64,000 bases of DNA from the human T2T-CHM13v2.0 reference genome, Homo sapiens, in assembly GCF_009914755.1 (NCBI RefSeq), contig NC_060933.1, one strand, 5' to 3'. Every line of letters begins with the position of its first letter. Positions within the stretch are counted from its first letter, which is position 1. A program made the position numbers and the translations under genes. Shown piece after piece: positions 18,394 through 33,502 of the stretch. The notes below the pieces were generated by a model. That model had not been told where the DNA came from. It worked only from the letters and a program-made list of their open reading frames with translations, and did no database searches.

Positions 18394-20448
18394 CTAGTTC
18401 CTTATTTTTATGGCTGAATAATATGCCCTTGTATATATATACTACATGTTTTTAATCCATTTATCCATCACAGACACTTAGGTGGTTCATAATGCTGCAA
18501 TGAATATGGAAGTGTAGCTACCTCTTTGAGGTATTGATTTCAATTCCTTTGGATATACACCCGGAAATAGGGGTCCTGGATCATATGATAGTTCTATTTT
18601 TAATTGTTGAGGGACCTCCACACTCTTCCAAAATGGCTATACCAATTTATATTCCCACCAACAGTGTACAAGGGCACCCTCTTCTCTACACCCTCACAAA
18701 CACTTGTTATCATTTGACTCTGAAAAAAACTTGTTATAAATTTGACTTTTTGAAAACTAGACTTGTTATCAACATGTTATCATATTGTTGATATCATCTT
18801 ATCAACTTGTTATCATGTTGACAACAAGTCGAACAGATATGAGCTGGTATCTCATTATGGTTTGGATTTACATTTCACTGATGTTTAGTGAATCTTAGTA
18901 TATTTTCACATACCTGTTGGCCATTGTATGGCTTTTTTGGAGAAATGTCTGTTAGGCGCTTTGCCCATTTTTCAATTACATTGCTTTGTTCTTTGTTTTG
19001 TTATTGAGATGTGTGAGGTCCCTATATGTTCTGAATATTAACCCCTTAACAGATATGTGGTTTGCAAATATTTTCTCTGTAGGTTGCCTTTTCATTTTAT
19101 TGTTTCCTTTGCTGTGCAGAAGCTTTTTAGTGTGATCTAGTCCCACTTATTTATTTTTTATTTTGTTGCCTATTATTTTGGTGTCATATTCAAATAATCA
19201 TTGACAACACCAATGTCAAGAAGATTGTTTCTATGTTTTCTTCTAGGAGTGTTACGATTCTGGGTTTTACATTTAAATCATTTTGAGTTAATATTTGTGT
19301 GTGATGTAAGATAGGGGTCCATGTGGATATCCATTTTCTCAATACCATTCATTGAAGAGACTGTCGTTTCTCCCATTGTGTATTCTTGGCATTCTTGTCA
19401 AAGATTAGTTGACCATATATGCTGGAGTTTATTTATGGGATCTGTATTCTGTTCCATTTATCTATGTGTCTGTTTTTATGCCAGTATTATACTGTTTTGA
19501 TTACTATAGCTTTATAATATAGTTTCAAATAAGGAAATTTGGTGTCTCCAGCTTTGTTATTCTTACTCAAGACCTCTTTGGCTATTTGGAGTCTTGTGGT
19601 TCCATATGAATTTTTTCTATATCTGTGGAAAATGCCATTGAAACTTTGATAGTGATTGCATTTAATTCATAGATCACTTTGGATAGTGTGGATATTTTAA
19701 CAATATTAATCACTCCAACCCCATGAACATGGGATATGTTTTCTTTGTCTCTAAAATTTCTTTCATCATTGTCTTATAGTTTTCAGTGTACAGATCTCTT
19801 ACCTACTTGGTTAAACTTCTTCCTACATATTTTGGATTTTTTATGAAATTGTAAATGGGATTATTTTCTTAATTTCTTTTTGGATAGTTGGTTGTTTGTG
19901 TATAGAAATGCAACAGATTTTTGTACGTTAATTTTGTATCCTACAATTTTACTGAATTAATTTATTAGTTCTAGCCATTTTCTGGTGGAGTCTTAGGGTT
20001 TTCCATATATAAGATCATGTCATCTGCAAACATAGGCAGTTAACCTCTTCCTTTCTGATTTGGGTGCCTTTTATTTCCTTTTCCTAGCTCTGGCTAAAAC
20101 TTCCAGAACTGTGTTAAATAGTAATGAAAATTATCCTTTCTTGTTCCTAACCTGAGAGGAAAAAGCTTTCAACTTTTCATTATTGAATATGATGTTAGTT
20201 ATGAGCTTGTGGCATATGGCTTTTATTGTGTTGAGGCACATTTCTTCTGTTCCTCATTTCTGAGAGTTTTTTAAAATCATGAAATGATGTTGAATTTTGC
20301 TGAATGTCTTTTCTGCATCTATTGAGATGATCATATGGTTTTTGTCCTTCATTCTCTTAATGTGGTGTATCACATTTGTTGTTGGTCTGCATATGTTGAA
20401 CTATCCTTATATCCCAGGGAAAAATTCCACTTGATCATTATGTATAAT

Positions 20449-20799
<351 letters not shown>

Positions 20800-21019
20800 T
20801 GAAGACTTAAAAAATCTACACTCATCAAAAATAGTGACCTGTAATTATCTTTTCTTGTAATGTCCTTATCTGGCTTTGGTATGAGGATAAAGCTGGCAAT
20901 GTAAAATCAGTTTAGAAGTGTTCTCACCTCTTCAATTTTTGGAAGAATTTGAGAAGAACTGGCAATAATCCTTCTTCAAATGTTTGGTAGAATTCATCTG
21001 TGAAACCATTTGGTCCTAG

Positions 21020-21351
<332 letters not shown>

Positions 21352-21667
21352 AGTCTTAGGCTTTTCTTTAATGTGAAACATTTTATTACTGCTTCAGTAA
21401 TTAAATTTAGTAATAAAATTCTTGTTACTCATTATTGATCTGTTCAGATTTTCTACTGCTATATGCTTCAGCCTTGGTAGGTTGTTTGTGTCTAGAAATT
21501 TATCAATTTCTTCTGATTATTCAATTTGTTGATATATACATATTCATTATAATCTCTTATGATCCTTTGTATTTCTGTGGTATCAGTTGTGGTGTCTCCT
21601 CTTTTACTTATAATTTCATTTATTTCAGTCCTCTCTTTTTTTCTTGGTGAGTTTAACGAAAGTTTGT

Positions 21668-21935
21668 TTATTTTGTTTATTTATTTATTTAAGATGGAGT
21701 CTCACTCTGTCACCCACCCTGGAGGGCACTGGCATAATCTCAGCTCACTGCAACCTCTGTCTTCTGGGTTCAAGCAATTCTCCCACCTCACCCTCCAAGG
21801 AGCTGGAATTACAGGCATGAGCCACCACACCTGGCTAATTTTTGCATTTTTTAGTAGAGACAGGGTTTCACCATGTTGGCCAGGCTGGTCTTGAACTCCT
21901 GACCTCAAGTGATCCACCCACCTCAGCCTCCCAAA
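21668..21935 (-). mobile_element. Alu (5'-truncated) in L1
   Basis: Alu consensus. Confidence 0.9.
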
Positions 21936-22404
21936 CATTTTGTTTATTTTTAAACATGAATCCAGATGTCCATATTCCTCCCAAGATTTGAGAAGTCTTC
22001 AGCCATTATTTCTTTAAATAGGCTTTAATTTCCTTTGTTTCCTCCTCCTAGAAATCCTCAAATGAATATATTCATTTGTTTGATGGTGTCTTGTAGGGCT
22101 TGTATACTTTCTTAACTCTTTTTCATTATTTTTTTCTTTCTATTCCTCTAACTGGCTAATTTCAAATGACCTGTGTTTGAGTTCACTGACTCTTCTGCAT
22201 AATTAAAAAAAAAAAAAAAAATCTGCTGCTGAAGCTCTCTATTGAATTGCTTAGTTCTGCCGTTGTATTCTTCAGCTCCAGAATTTCTGTTTGATTCTTT
22301 TTTCTCCATTAATCTTCTTATTTTATTCATGCATTGTTTTTCTGATTTCATTTAGCTGTCTGTCTGTGTTCTCTTGCATCTCATCAAGCTTCTTTAAAAT
22401 GAGT

Positions 22405-22730
22405 GTAGTTGTCCCTCAGTATCCATGGAGGACTAGTTCCAGGACCTCCCATGGATATGAAAATCTGTGGGTGCTGAAGTTTCTGATATAAAATGGCATA
22501 GTATTTGTATATAACCTATGCACATCCTCCTGTATACTTTAAATCATCTTAGATTACTTATAATACCTAACACAGTGTAATTCTATGTAAATAGTTGTTA
22601 TACTGTATTGTTTAGGGAATAATGACAACAAAAAGCCTATCTGTGTGCAGTTGGAGACACGAAAATAGTTTTGATCCATGGTTGACTGAATCCATGGATG
22701 CAGAACCCACAGGTACAGAGGCCTGACTTC
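22405..22730 (+). mobile_element. MER2 (TcMar-Tigger) element
   Basis: gtccctcagtatccatggaggactagttccaggacc...ggatgcagaacccacagg. Confidence 0.8.
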
Positions 22731-23927
22731 ATTTTGAGTTCTTCATCAGGCAATTTGTAGACCTCCATTTCTTGGGGTCTGCTACTGGAGCTTTATTAGT
22801 TTCTTTTGGTAGTGTCGTGTCTGCCTGATTCTTTGTGCTCCATGTAGGCTTGCATTGGTGTTTGCACATTTGAAGGAGCAAACCCTTCTTCTAGTCTTTA
22901 CAGGCTGGTTTTGGCAGGCAAAGACCTTCTGCTGCCATCCAGACCAATGGGATTGTTTCTGGGATCACAGCTGAGTGGGTTTGGGGCCAGGTTATGTGGC
23001 TGTTGCTGGGTCTGCATGGGGTCCATCATTGGTAGGCCTGTTACCAGACATTCAGGTGGGTGATAATTCAGCCTTTGTCCCTGGGCAGATGGAACTGCCT
23101 CCAGAAAATTGGGCAGTAGGTCTGGCACTAGGACAGTAATCCACTTCAGAGTGCTCAGTTGGGTCTGCAAACAGTGGGCCTGTTACCATGTGTGTGGATG
23201 AGTGTGGCTTCTGCCAGGTCCCTGAGACGTCTCCTATTGGGTCACTGGGAAAGTCTCTGGGTGGGGAGGACTGACTTTAGGCTATGGCTGAGTGGGGCTA
23301 GAACTAAGTCACAAGGCTGCTTCAGAGTCTACAGCACAGACTGAGGTCTGCAAGTCTGCCTCCAGGGGTATGGATGGGTATGCCTCTTGCTGGATTCCTT
23401 GGTGGGCAGGACTGCCCCAAATCATGGCTTAGCAGAATTGGGGCTGGGTCACAGGTCACTTCATTATCTCCAGTTGGACTGAGGTCCAGGGTCTCAGTTG
23501 GGTGTGTCTCCATCTGATGCCCTTGGTGAGCAGAACCATTCTCAAGCCATGGTTGAAAGGAGCTGGAGCTTGTTACGGGGCTATTTCAGGATCAGCAGTC
23601 AACCTTCAGTCAGTGGGCATGTTACATGAGGCATGGGTGAGCATGACTCCTCCTAGGGCCTTTGGTGGATCATGTTGGTGGCAGGACCAAGGCCAAATGG
23701 GGCTGTAGCTGAGTCCACAGGGGAATAGGCTGTTTCCAGGTGTGTAGCTGGGACCACAGTCAGTGAGCCTGGCCACCTGGGACTGCCATAGTCAGTGAGC
23801 CTGCTTTCTCAAAATGGCCCTCCTTGGTCATGGCCTCCACCAGAGTTTTGCAACCTCCTACCTGGATCCCAGAGCTTGCACACAGGCATTTTGTCTGTGG
23901 ATGGCTGTAAAACTGTTGTTGCTGTAG

Positions 23928-24289
<362 letters not shown>

Positions 24290-24744
24290 TCTTTATCACT
24301 TTTAATGTCAGAAAATAATGAAAAAATAAATAAATTCAGTTTACTATTCATTTAACAAGTTACTAGCAGAAGTAGAACACTCAGAAAGGAAAGGGTCGAA
24401 GACGAGGCCTGAGTGAGGACGTCAGAGGGAGGAAAGAATGGGGGTGGATTGCAGAGGAGAACAGAGTTAAGAGTTGAGGAAGCTCTAAGGGCTCTGAAAG
24501 CCAGTGTCACAGCAGTGTGGACAGGAGGATGGGGGTTGGGGATCTTTCCTGTTTGTGAATATAAATTGTGCTTGCTTTTTATTGTTTTTAAATAAGATAG
24601 TAGTTAAGCTCTAACTTTTCCTTAGAATGCAGCTTTAGCTGTATTCCATAATTGTATTCTTCTTTCATTAATTTCTAGATACCTTGACATTTGATTTTGA
24701 TTTTTTCTTTGATCCAGGGTTTACCTAGAAAAGTGTTCAAGTAG

Positions 24745-25534
<790 letters not shown>

Positions 25535-25892
25535 TTATCAGTCTGCCTAATTAGACCAAGCTGAGGGATTGTGTCCTTCAGAACGAAATGTTTGCAGATA
25601 TTTTTTCTGACTTGCTCTTTCAATTTCTGAAAGCTGCATTTAATGTTCCCACAGTGGCTATTCATCCTGGGAGCTGCTGCTCTACACATCTATCTGCCAA
25701 GCTTGGTGTGGACTAGTTGTGGCTTCCATGACTTTTCATGGCCTTTTATCAAAACATGGACCCCTTCATTATCTCTGAATATTTCTGACCTTACTATTTC
25801 TGATTAACTAACAGTAACCCACCTCTTGTTGTTGTTGTTTGTTGTTGTTGTTGTTGTTGTATTTTTAATCAATCTTTTTGGCCTCAGGCAAG

Positions 25893-26760
<868 letters not shown>

Positions 26761-27480
26761 GAGCACCAGCACCCAACATGCACCCCATTTCATCCCGTAT
26801 CAGTATTGGTGTCCTACTTTTTAATCCAAATGAAAACTAATGCAGACATTTTTACTTGGTGTAAGAGAAGTCGCCTTCAAAAGTTCAATAATTTAACTTC
26901 ATGGTAGGAGGGAAGTGCAGGAAAAGTGTTTTACTTTTCTTCTGCACATGTGAATTCATGCGCACGGTCACCAAGACCTGTGACCACAAAGCCTTGTGTG
27001 AGGGCTTTATTACTTGGCTGCACTTGAAGCCAAGTTAGGGGGAGAAAGGAGGGGCTTCCGGTGAAACACGAAACTTTGTTCCCCTGACTTCCATCTGTGG
27101 ACATAGATTGTGAGAAGAAAATCAACTTGAGTTCGAGAAAAGCAAAACAGTATCAAAAAACAAATCAAAACAAAGGTAAATAAAGGTAAGACGCAGAGAA
27201 CAAGAAAAGCAGATAGGATCACGCTGGCACCGCAAGAACACACAAAGATGGTAACTGCAACCATCGAGCCCACACTCGGCTAAGTCAGGTAAGGTGGCAG
27301 GTTAATGTTTGGTGCACAAGAATGTTCACTATGACATTAGAAGAGCAACAGTTTAGAAACAGCCTAAATGCTAAAAAATTTAGAGGTGGAGAATTTTATT
27401 TACCAGAAATTCACAATGAGGATTTTTAGAAAGAAAACCAGTGAACAAATAATTGCACTCCTTGGGGTAGAAGAGAAACT

Positions 27481-28910
27481 TGTGTGCGTGTGTCTGTGTG
27501 TGTGTGGTGTGTGGTGTGTGATGTGTGGGTGGTGTGTGTAGGGTTTGTCTGGTGTGTGTGTGTTGTGTGGTTTGTGTGTGTGTGGTATATGTGCTGTGTA
27601 TGTGCATTTGTGTATATGATGTGTTTGGTTTGTGTGTGGAATGTATGTATATATGTATGTTTGTGTGATGTGTGTTTTTGTGTGAGGTGTGTATGGTGTG
27701 TATGTGTTTGTGTGTGGTGTGTGTGTGTGAGGTGTGTGTTTGGTGTTTGTGGAGTGTATGTATGTGATATGTGTGTGGAGTGTATGTGTATGGTGTGTGT
27801 GATGTGTGTAGTATGTGAGGTGTGTGTGTGGTGCATGTTTGCGGTGTGTGGTGTGTGATGTGTGTGGTGTATGTGTGTGGTATGTGAGGTGTGTGTGTGG
27901 TGTTTGTGGTATGTGTGAGGTTGTGTGAGGTGTGTGGTGTATGTGTGGATGGTGTGTGAGTTGTGTATGTGATGTGTGGTGTTTCTGGAGTGTTTGTGTG
28001 TGTGCACATGTGTGTGCTGTATGTGTGGTGTGTATGTGTGTGTAATTTGTGTGCGAGGTGTGCAAGGTGTGTGTGTTATCTGTGATGTGTATGTGGCGTG
28101 TGTGATATGTGAGCGGTGTGTATGGTATGTGTGAAATGTGTGGTGTGTATATGTTATGTATGTGTCTCTGGTATATGAGGTGTGTGTGTGTGTAGTGTGT
28201 GTGTGGTGTGGGTTGATGTGGTGTGTATGTGTGTGGTGTGTGCAAGATGTGTGTGGTGTGTGTGGTGTGTGTGTATAAGTGTGCATGTGAATGTGTATAT
28301 GGTGTGTGTGTGAATGTGTGTGGTGTTTGCAGAATACGTGTCTGTGTGTGGTGTATGTGTGTATGAGTCTGTATGGTGCTGAAGGTGTGTGTGGTGTGTA
28401 AGTGTGTGTGGTATGTGTGGTGTGTGTGTGGAATGTGTGTGGGGGTGTGGGTGTGTGCAGTGTGTATGAGTGTGTGGTGTGTGTGGTGTATGTGTGGTGT
28501 GTGTGTATGAGTGTGTGTGGTGTGTGTGGAACGTGTGTGTGGGTGTGGGTGTGTGTGGTGTATGTGTATGTGTGGTGTGTATGTGTATGGGTATGTGTGG
28601 AATATGTGTGGGTTGTGTGTGTGGTGTATGTGTATGGGTGTGTGTGTGGTATGTGTGGTGTCTGTGTGGAATGTGTGTGGGGGGTGTGGGTGTGTGTGGT
28701 ATGTGTATATGAGTGTGTGTGGTGTGTGTGGAATGTGTGTGGGGGGTGTGTGGTGTATGTGTATGTGTGGTGTGTATGTGTATGGGTATGTGTGGAATGT
28801 GTGTGGGGTGTGTGTGTGGTGTATGTGTATGGGTGTGTGTGTGGTATGTGTGGTGTGTGTGAAATTGTGTGTGTGGTGTATGTGTATGAGTATCTGTGTA
28901 TGTGTGTGGG
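27481..28910. repeat. Complex TG-rich low-complexity array, about 1.4 kb
   Basis: Direct reading. Confidence 0.95.
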
Positions 28911-30955
28911 GACAATTATTTATGGAGCACCTACGCTCTTCACCAGCAGTGAACACAAGAGAGGGGGAAACCCTGCTCTGGGGACGTCACCTCCCATGAT
29001 GCCATTCGCAGTTGGGGACCAACTTCCTCCATTTGTGGCTTTCACTCTGAGAATGCCTCAACACGCAGGTTTCTCCACCGATTGGTATTTACACCCCCCA
29101 CTTTAAACTGCTTTCCTGCCCTTTTTTCTGGCTGTGACTAGAATTATTTTTAGGGAAAAGAGAGAAGGATCTGGATGAATGAATTAATTAGAATTCATTT
29201 TCTAGTGGCATTTCTCCCAGTTCCTTCATTTCTGCTTGAAGGACAATTAAGGGTTCCGGTGTGGCTAATCATGTGGATTAAGAGTGGCTTCTTGTCTCCC
29301 ATACAAATCCAAATGACTCACCACCAGTCATTTTTCCCGCTTTCTATGATCCTGAGATCCTAACCTCACTAACTGGGAAGTTACAGTTTTCAGAGATGCA
29401 TTTTTTTTTTAAATAATGAGAGTGACTTTCTCAGTTTTATGTTACACTCTCTTGGCAAATAAGCTGCCTGTGCTGCTGTAGCCTGCACATTTTTGTTTGC
29501 AGTTAAAGAGGATGAAGAAGCCATCACCGGGTTCAGGTGCAGACACCTTTTTAGATGATTCTTAGTTACAGTGATTTTTAGAGGCACAGTTGATGACTAG
29601 TGGAAAGGCTTTCCGACCAGACTCTTTAAACTACCCACTCAGGCCAAGGAATCCCCCTCACCAGCTGCGTTTTCCTCAGGGAACTGAGCTTCCCAACCCT
29701 GTAGAATGTACTTCCCTTCCCTTCATGTGTCTGTTTGGTTCTCTGCCCCATCCCTGTGCCCAGAATAGCACCAGGCCTCCAGCAGACTGAGATCTCCATC
29801 TGTGGTCCAGGTTAATCTAATAATCTCACATCGGATCAGTTTGACCATCGGGATTTCTGTGGTCTAGTCTCTAATACCGCATGTCTGCATTTGGGATAGA
29901 GCATTTCACCCACAATTTAACCAAAAAATGCTGTTCCAAATAATCGTGTTGGCCACAGTATATTAAACACGCAGCTTTCCTAATAAGCACTTTAGTTTTC
30001 TTGCACATACAAGGAAGAGATTGGGTTTTTATATAGACTAGGTTATTTCAGCAAAAAAAAAAAAAAAATCCCGAAGGGATAATCAAGTTAATACAATTTG
30101 TTAAAAGGGAACACTACATGTGCAATGAGTTTGCATATTTATAGAACCCACATAATAAAGCCAGCTTTTACCAGATCACTTTCCCTTGTAAACATGGTCA
30201 ATTGTATCTTGTAGGAAAGAAATGTAACAGTTATGTTAAACTAATGAAGTTCACATTGAAAACTATTTTAGGTAACTAGAAGTTTACTCTTACTGCATAA
30301 TAACTAAAACTCGAAGAAAATTTACCTGAAATTAAAAAAGAAAAGCGTTGCTCGCTTTTATGGGACCACTTGCCTTAGAGAGGGAGCCCCCACAACACGT
30401 GAGTCTCCTCCCACCCCGTCCATGGACCTCCGTGCCAGCAGAGAGCAGCTCTTATATATGAATATGTGTAGTGTGTATGTGTATGGAACGTGGTGTGTGT
30501 ATAGTATATGTGTATATGAGTGTGTATCTGTGTGTGGGAACAATTATTTATGGAGCGCCTCTCTGTGCTGGGGACCAGCAGTGAACACAAGAGGGAGAAA
30601 CCCTGCCTTAGGGACCTCACCTCCCACGATGCCACCTTCGCAGGTGGGGACTGACTTTCTCCATCTGTGGCTTTCACGTACCTCGACACACACATTTGTC
30701 CAGGGACTGGTATTTATGCTACCCCCCCCCCCCCTTCTTAAACTGAAGGACCTTTTTCTGGCTGTGAACTAAAATTACTTTTAGGGAAAAAAGAAAGAGA
30801 ACCCTTGTGAACATGGTCAATTGTATTTTGTAGGAGAGAAACGTAACATTTATGTTAAGCGAATGAAGTTCACATTGAAAACTATTTTAGGTAACTAGAA
30901 GTTTACTCTTACTGCGTTATTAAAACTTGAAGAAAATTTACCTGAAATTATAAAA
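28870..30955 (+). repeat. Diverged local tandem duplication: A(28870-29165)...B(30183-30340), then A'(30495-30800) joined to B'(30802-30955)
   Basis: acaattatttatggagc..accagcagtgaacacaagag..tttttctggctgtga..ttttagggaaaa occurs twice; cccttgt-aacatggtcaattgtat..aatgaagttcacattgaaaactattttaggtaactagaagtttactcttactgc..gaagaaaatttacctgaaatta occurs twice. Confidence 0.9.
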
Positions 30956-31057
30956 AAATTAAATTTTTGAAATTAAAAAATATTTTTTAAAAAATTAAAC
31001 TTCAATTTTAAAGTTAAATTAAAATTTAAATATTTTTAATTTTAAAATTAAAAATTC

Positions 31058-31510
31058 AGAGCCCGCGAGCACAGCAGACAGGCACCAGCTCCCAAGCAAG
31101 AACAGCAGCGAATCAACATTTACTCCGAAAAAAAAAAAAAAAAAAACCCTTTCAGAACAGTTTGTGCTCCTGTTCAGCCCAGGAGACGTCGTTCCTGCTT
31201 TTACGCGGCGCCATGTCCTTCTTGGCGTACACTTGGCAAAACAGAATGAGAACTGTAGGTCGATAGAGAGATCTCCCTCCCTCTCGCCGGACCCCTCCCT
31301 CTCGCCGGACCCAACTGGGTAGGGCGAGGAGCCAGGGGTGGGCGGGGAGGCGCCTGCGGGGAGGTCTGGAGCACGCCCGAGGCCAGGAGGAGGCGGAGCC
31401 GTAGCGAGCGTATGAAGGGAGGACCTGAGCTAAGGACCCGCGCCCGCCCGGGGGTTCCAGCATGCGGGGGAGTGGTCCCAGAGGAAGACAGGTCATTCCA
31501 GGGCCCCTAA
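31058..31510. promoter_or_regulatory. Small orphan CpG-rich, promoter-like island
   Basis: Many CpGs, GC boxes (ggggtgggcggggagg, ggaggcggagc) and an 18-bp tandem repeat ccctccctctcgccggac x2; not in a recognisable Alu. Confidence 0.55.
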
Positions 31511-32240
31511 CCTTTTCTGCACCTTGGACCCATTTGGACTTGGGTCTCTTCTCAGGGTATAATTTCATAACACAAAAAATAAAACACAAACTTCAAAGAT
31601 AACATCTAATATTAAAATTATCAAAATATTTAAAAAATAACATTGGGATGTGTTATCATTTGTGTGCTTCTGTATTAACTCAATAACAAGATTTTGCAGC
31701 GGGCCCAATAATGTGTGTTATTGTCAAGCAGTGATGAGCGAAATAGAATTTCTAGTATCGGCCACAACTGCAAAGTGACATGAAAATAACCAGTGTTTAG
31801 TGGCGACCAGCCACCCATAATAGCAATACGTCTCTGGGTTTTTTCCCTATGTGTATAATAAGGGAAATGCTACATCGCAGTTCTGAATGAAATGTAGGTT
31901 AGTGATTTTTTTTTTCCCAACCCAAGTTCCCAGGCAGAACTATGAGGGTCTTGGCAGAACCGTGGGGGTCTTGGGCTCTGCGACTGAGGAAAGATAGAGT
32001 CTTCAGGTGAAGGAAGAGCTCTGCCTCCAAAGAAAGAGTGCAGCCACTGGGAATCACAAGCTGCAGAGGAACGCAGGTACCAGATGTCCTGGTGTGCCCA
32101 CGATGGAGGCGGCAGGCTTTCGCCCTTTATCTAATGCTATGAGCGTGGGCCTCATCAGCTGCCACAGCTGCGCTCTGGCTGAGGCATCACTCAGCAAATA
32201 CTGCTTTCTCAGGAAGACCTATTCTGTTTTTTGTTTTTGT

Positions 32241-32273
<33 letters not shown>

Positions 32274-32504
32274 CAGTATTTCCTGTTTAATAACCTGCCT
32301 CCAGAGAGTAGGGATGGTGTTCCCCAGCTTGTTCACCACTGAACCCAGCCTGTGCCCAAGAAGCATTTGTTGAATGGCTGTGTGGACAAATAAATAAATG
32401 AAGGGCATTTGATGAGAATTCATAAACTATTCATAGAACTTTCTCTGTGACTGCAATCCTTTCATCTAAGTAATGTTTTCCTCAGATATTCTTAAAAGTA
32501 CATG

Positions 32505-33502
32505 GCTCTCATTCCACACCCACTGAGATGGCTATATATACAGTACATAAGGCAGATAATAACCAGTGCTGGTGAGGATGTGAAGAAACTGGAGGCCTCA
32601 TTCATTGCTGGTGGGAAGGTGAAATGGTGCAGCCACTATGGAAAATAGTTTGGAAGTTTCTTAAAAAGATAACAAATGCCGGGTGTGGTGGCCCATGCCT
32701 GTAATCCCAGCACTTTGGGAGGCAGAGGTGGGAGAATTCCTTGAGCTTAGCAATTTGAGATGAGCCTGGGCAACATGGTGAAATCCCATCTCCACAAAAA
32801 AAAAAAAAAAAAAAAATTAGCCAGGCATGGTGGCATGGGCCCGTAGTGCCAGCTACTCAGGAGGCTGAAGCAGGAAGATCCCTTGAGCACAGGAGATTGA
32901 GGGTACAGAGAGCTGTGTTTGCACCACTGCACTCCAGCCTGGGTGAGAGAGTGAGACCCTGTTTCAAAAACAAAAATCAACGATTTACTATACGACTCAG
33001 TGATTTCACTCCTAGGAATCGACCCAAGAGAAGTGAAAACATATGTCCACACATGAATGTATGCAAATGTTCACAGTAACATTATTCACAATAGCCCCAA
33101 ACTAGAAAAATTCAAATGTCCATGGATGGATGAATGGATGAACAGTGTGGTATATCTTTACAATGGAATACTATGCAGCAAAAAAAAGGACTTTTTTTTT
33201 TGAGATGGAGTCTCGCTCTGTACACCATGGATGAAACTTGAAAACTTTCTGCTCAGTGAAAGAAGCCAGAGGCAAATACTACATATTCTATGGTTCCATT
33301 AATATGAAATGTCCAGAAAAGGCAAATCCATAGAGACAGGAAGCAGAACAGGTTGCCTGGGGCTGACAAGCATGAGGGACCCTTGCAGGATAATGGAAAT
33401 GCTCTGAAATTAGACTGGGGAGAAGGCTGCACACTCTGCAAATGGACTAAAAAATCACTGAATTGACACCTAGAATGAGTGAATTTTACGCAAGTAAATT
33501 AT
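32505..33502 (+). mobile_element. Old L1 3' end (L1MB/ME), host of an Alu and LTR12
   Basis: gtgctggtgaggatgtgaagaaactgga, caatggaatactatgcagca, gaaatgtccagaaaaggcaaatccatagagaca; resumes at 34114. Confidence 0.8.
32678..32977 (+). mobile_element. Alu (J-like)
   Basis: Diverged Alu dimer. Confidence 0.9.

Noticed and set aside
27380-29106. Long His/Thr- and Val/Cys-rich ORFs (up to 518 aa)
   Set aside because: Translations of the TG/CA array, which is depleted of stop codons; no splice or codon evidence.
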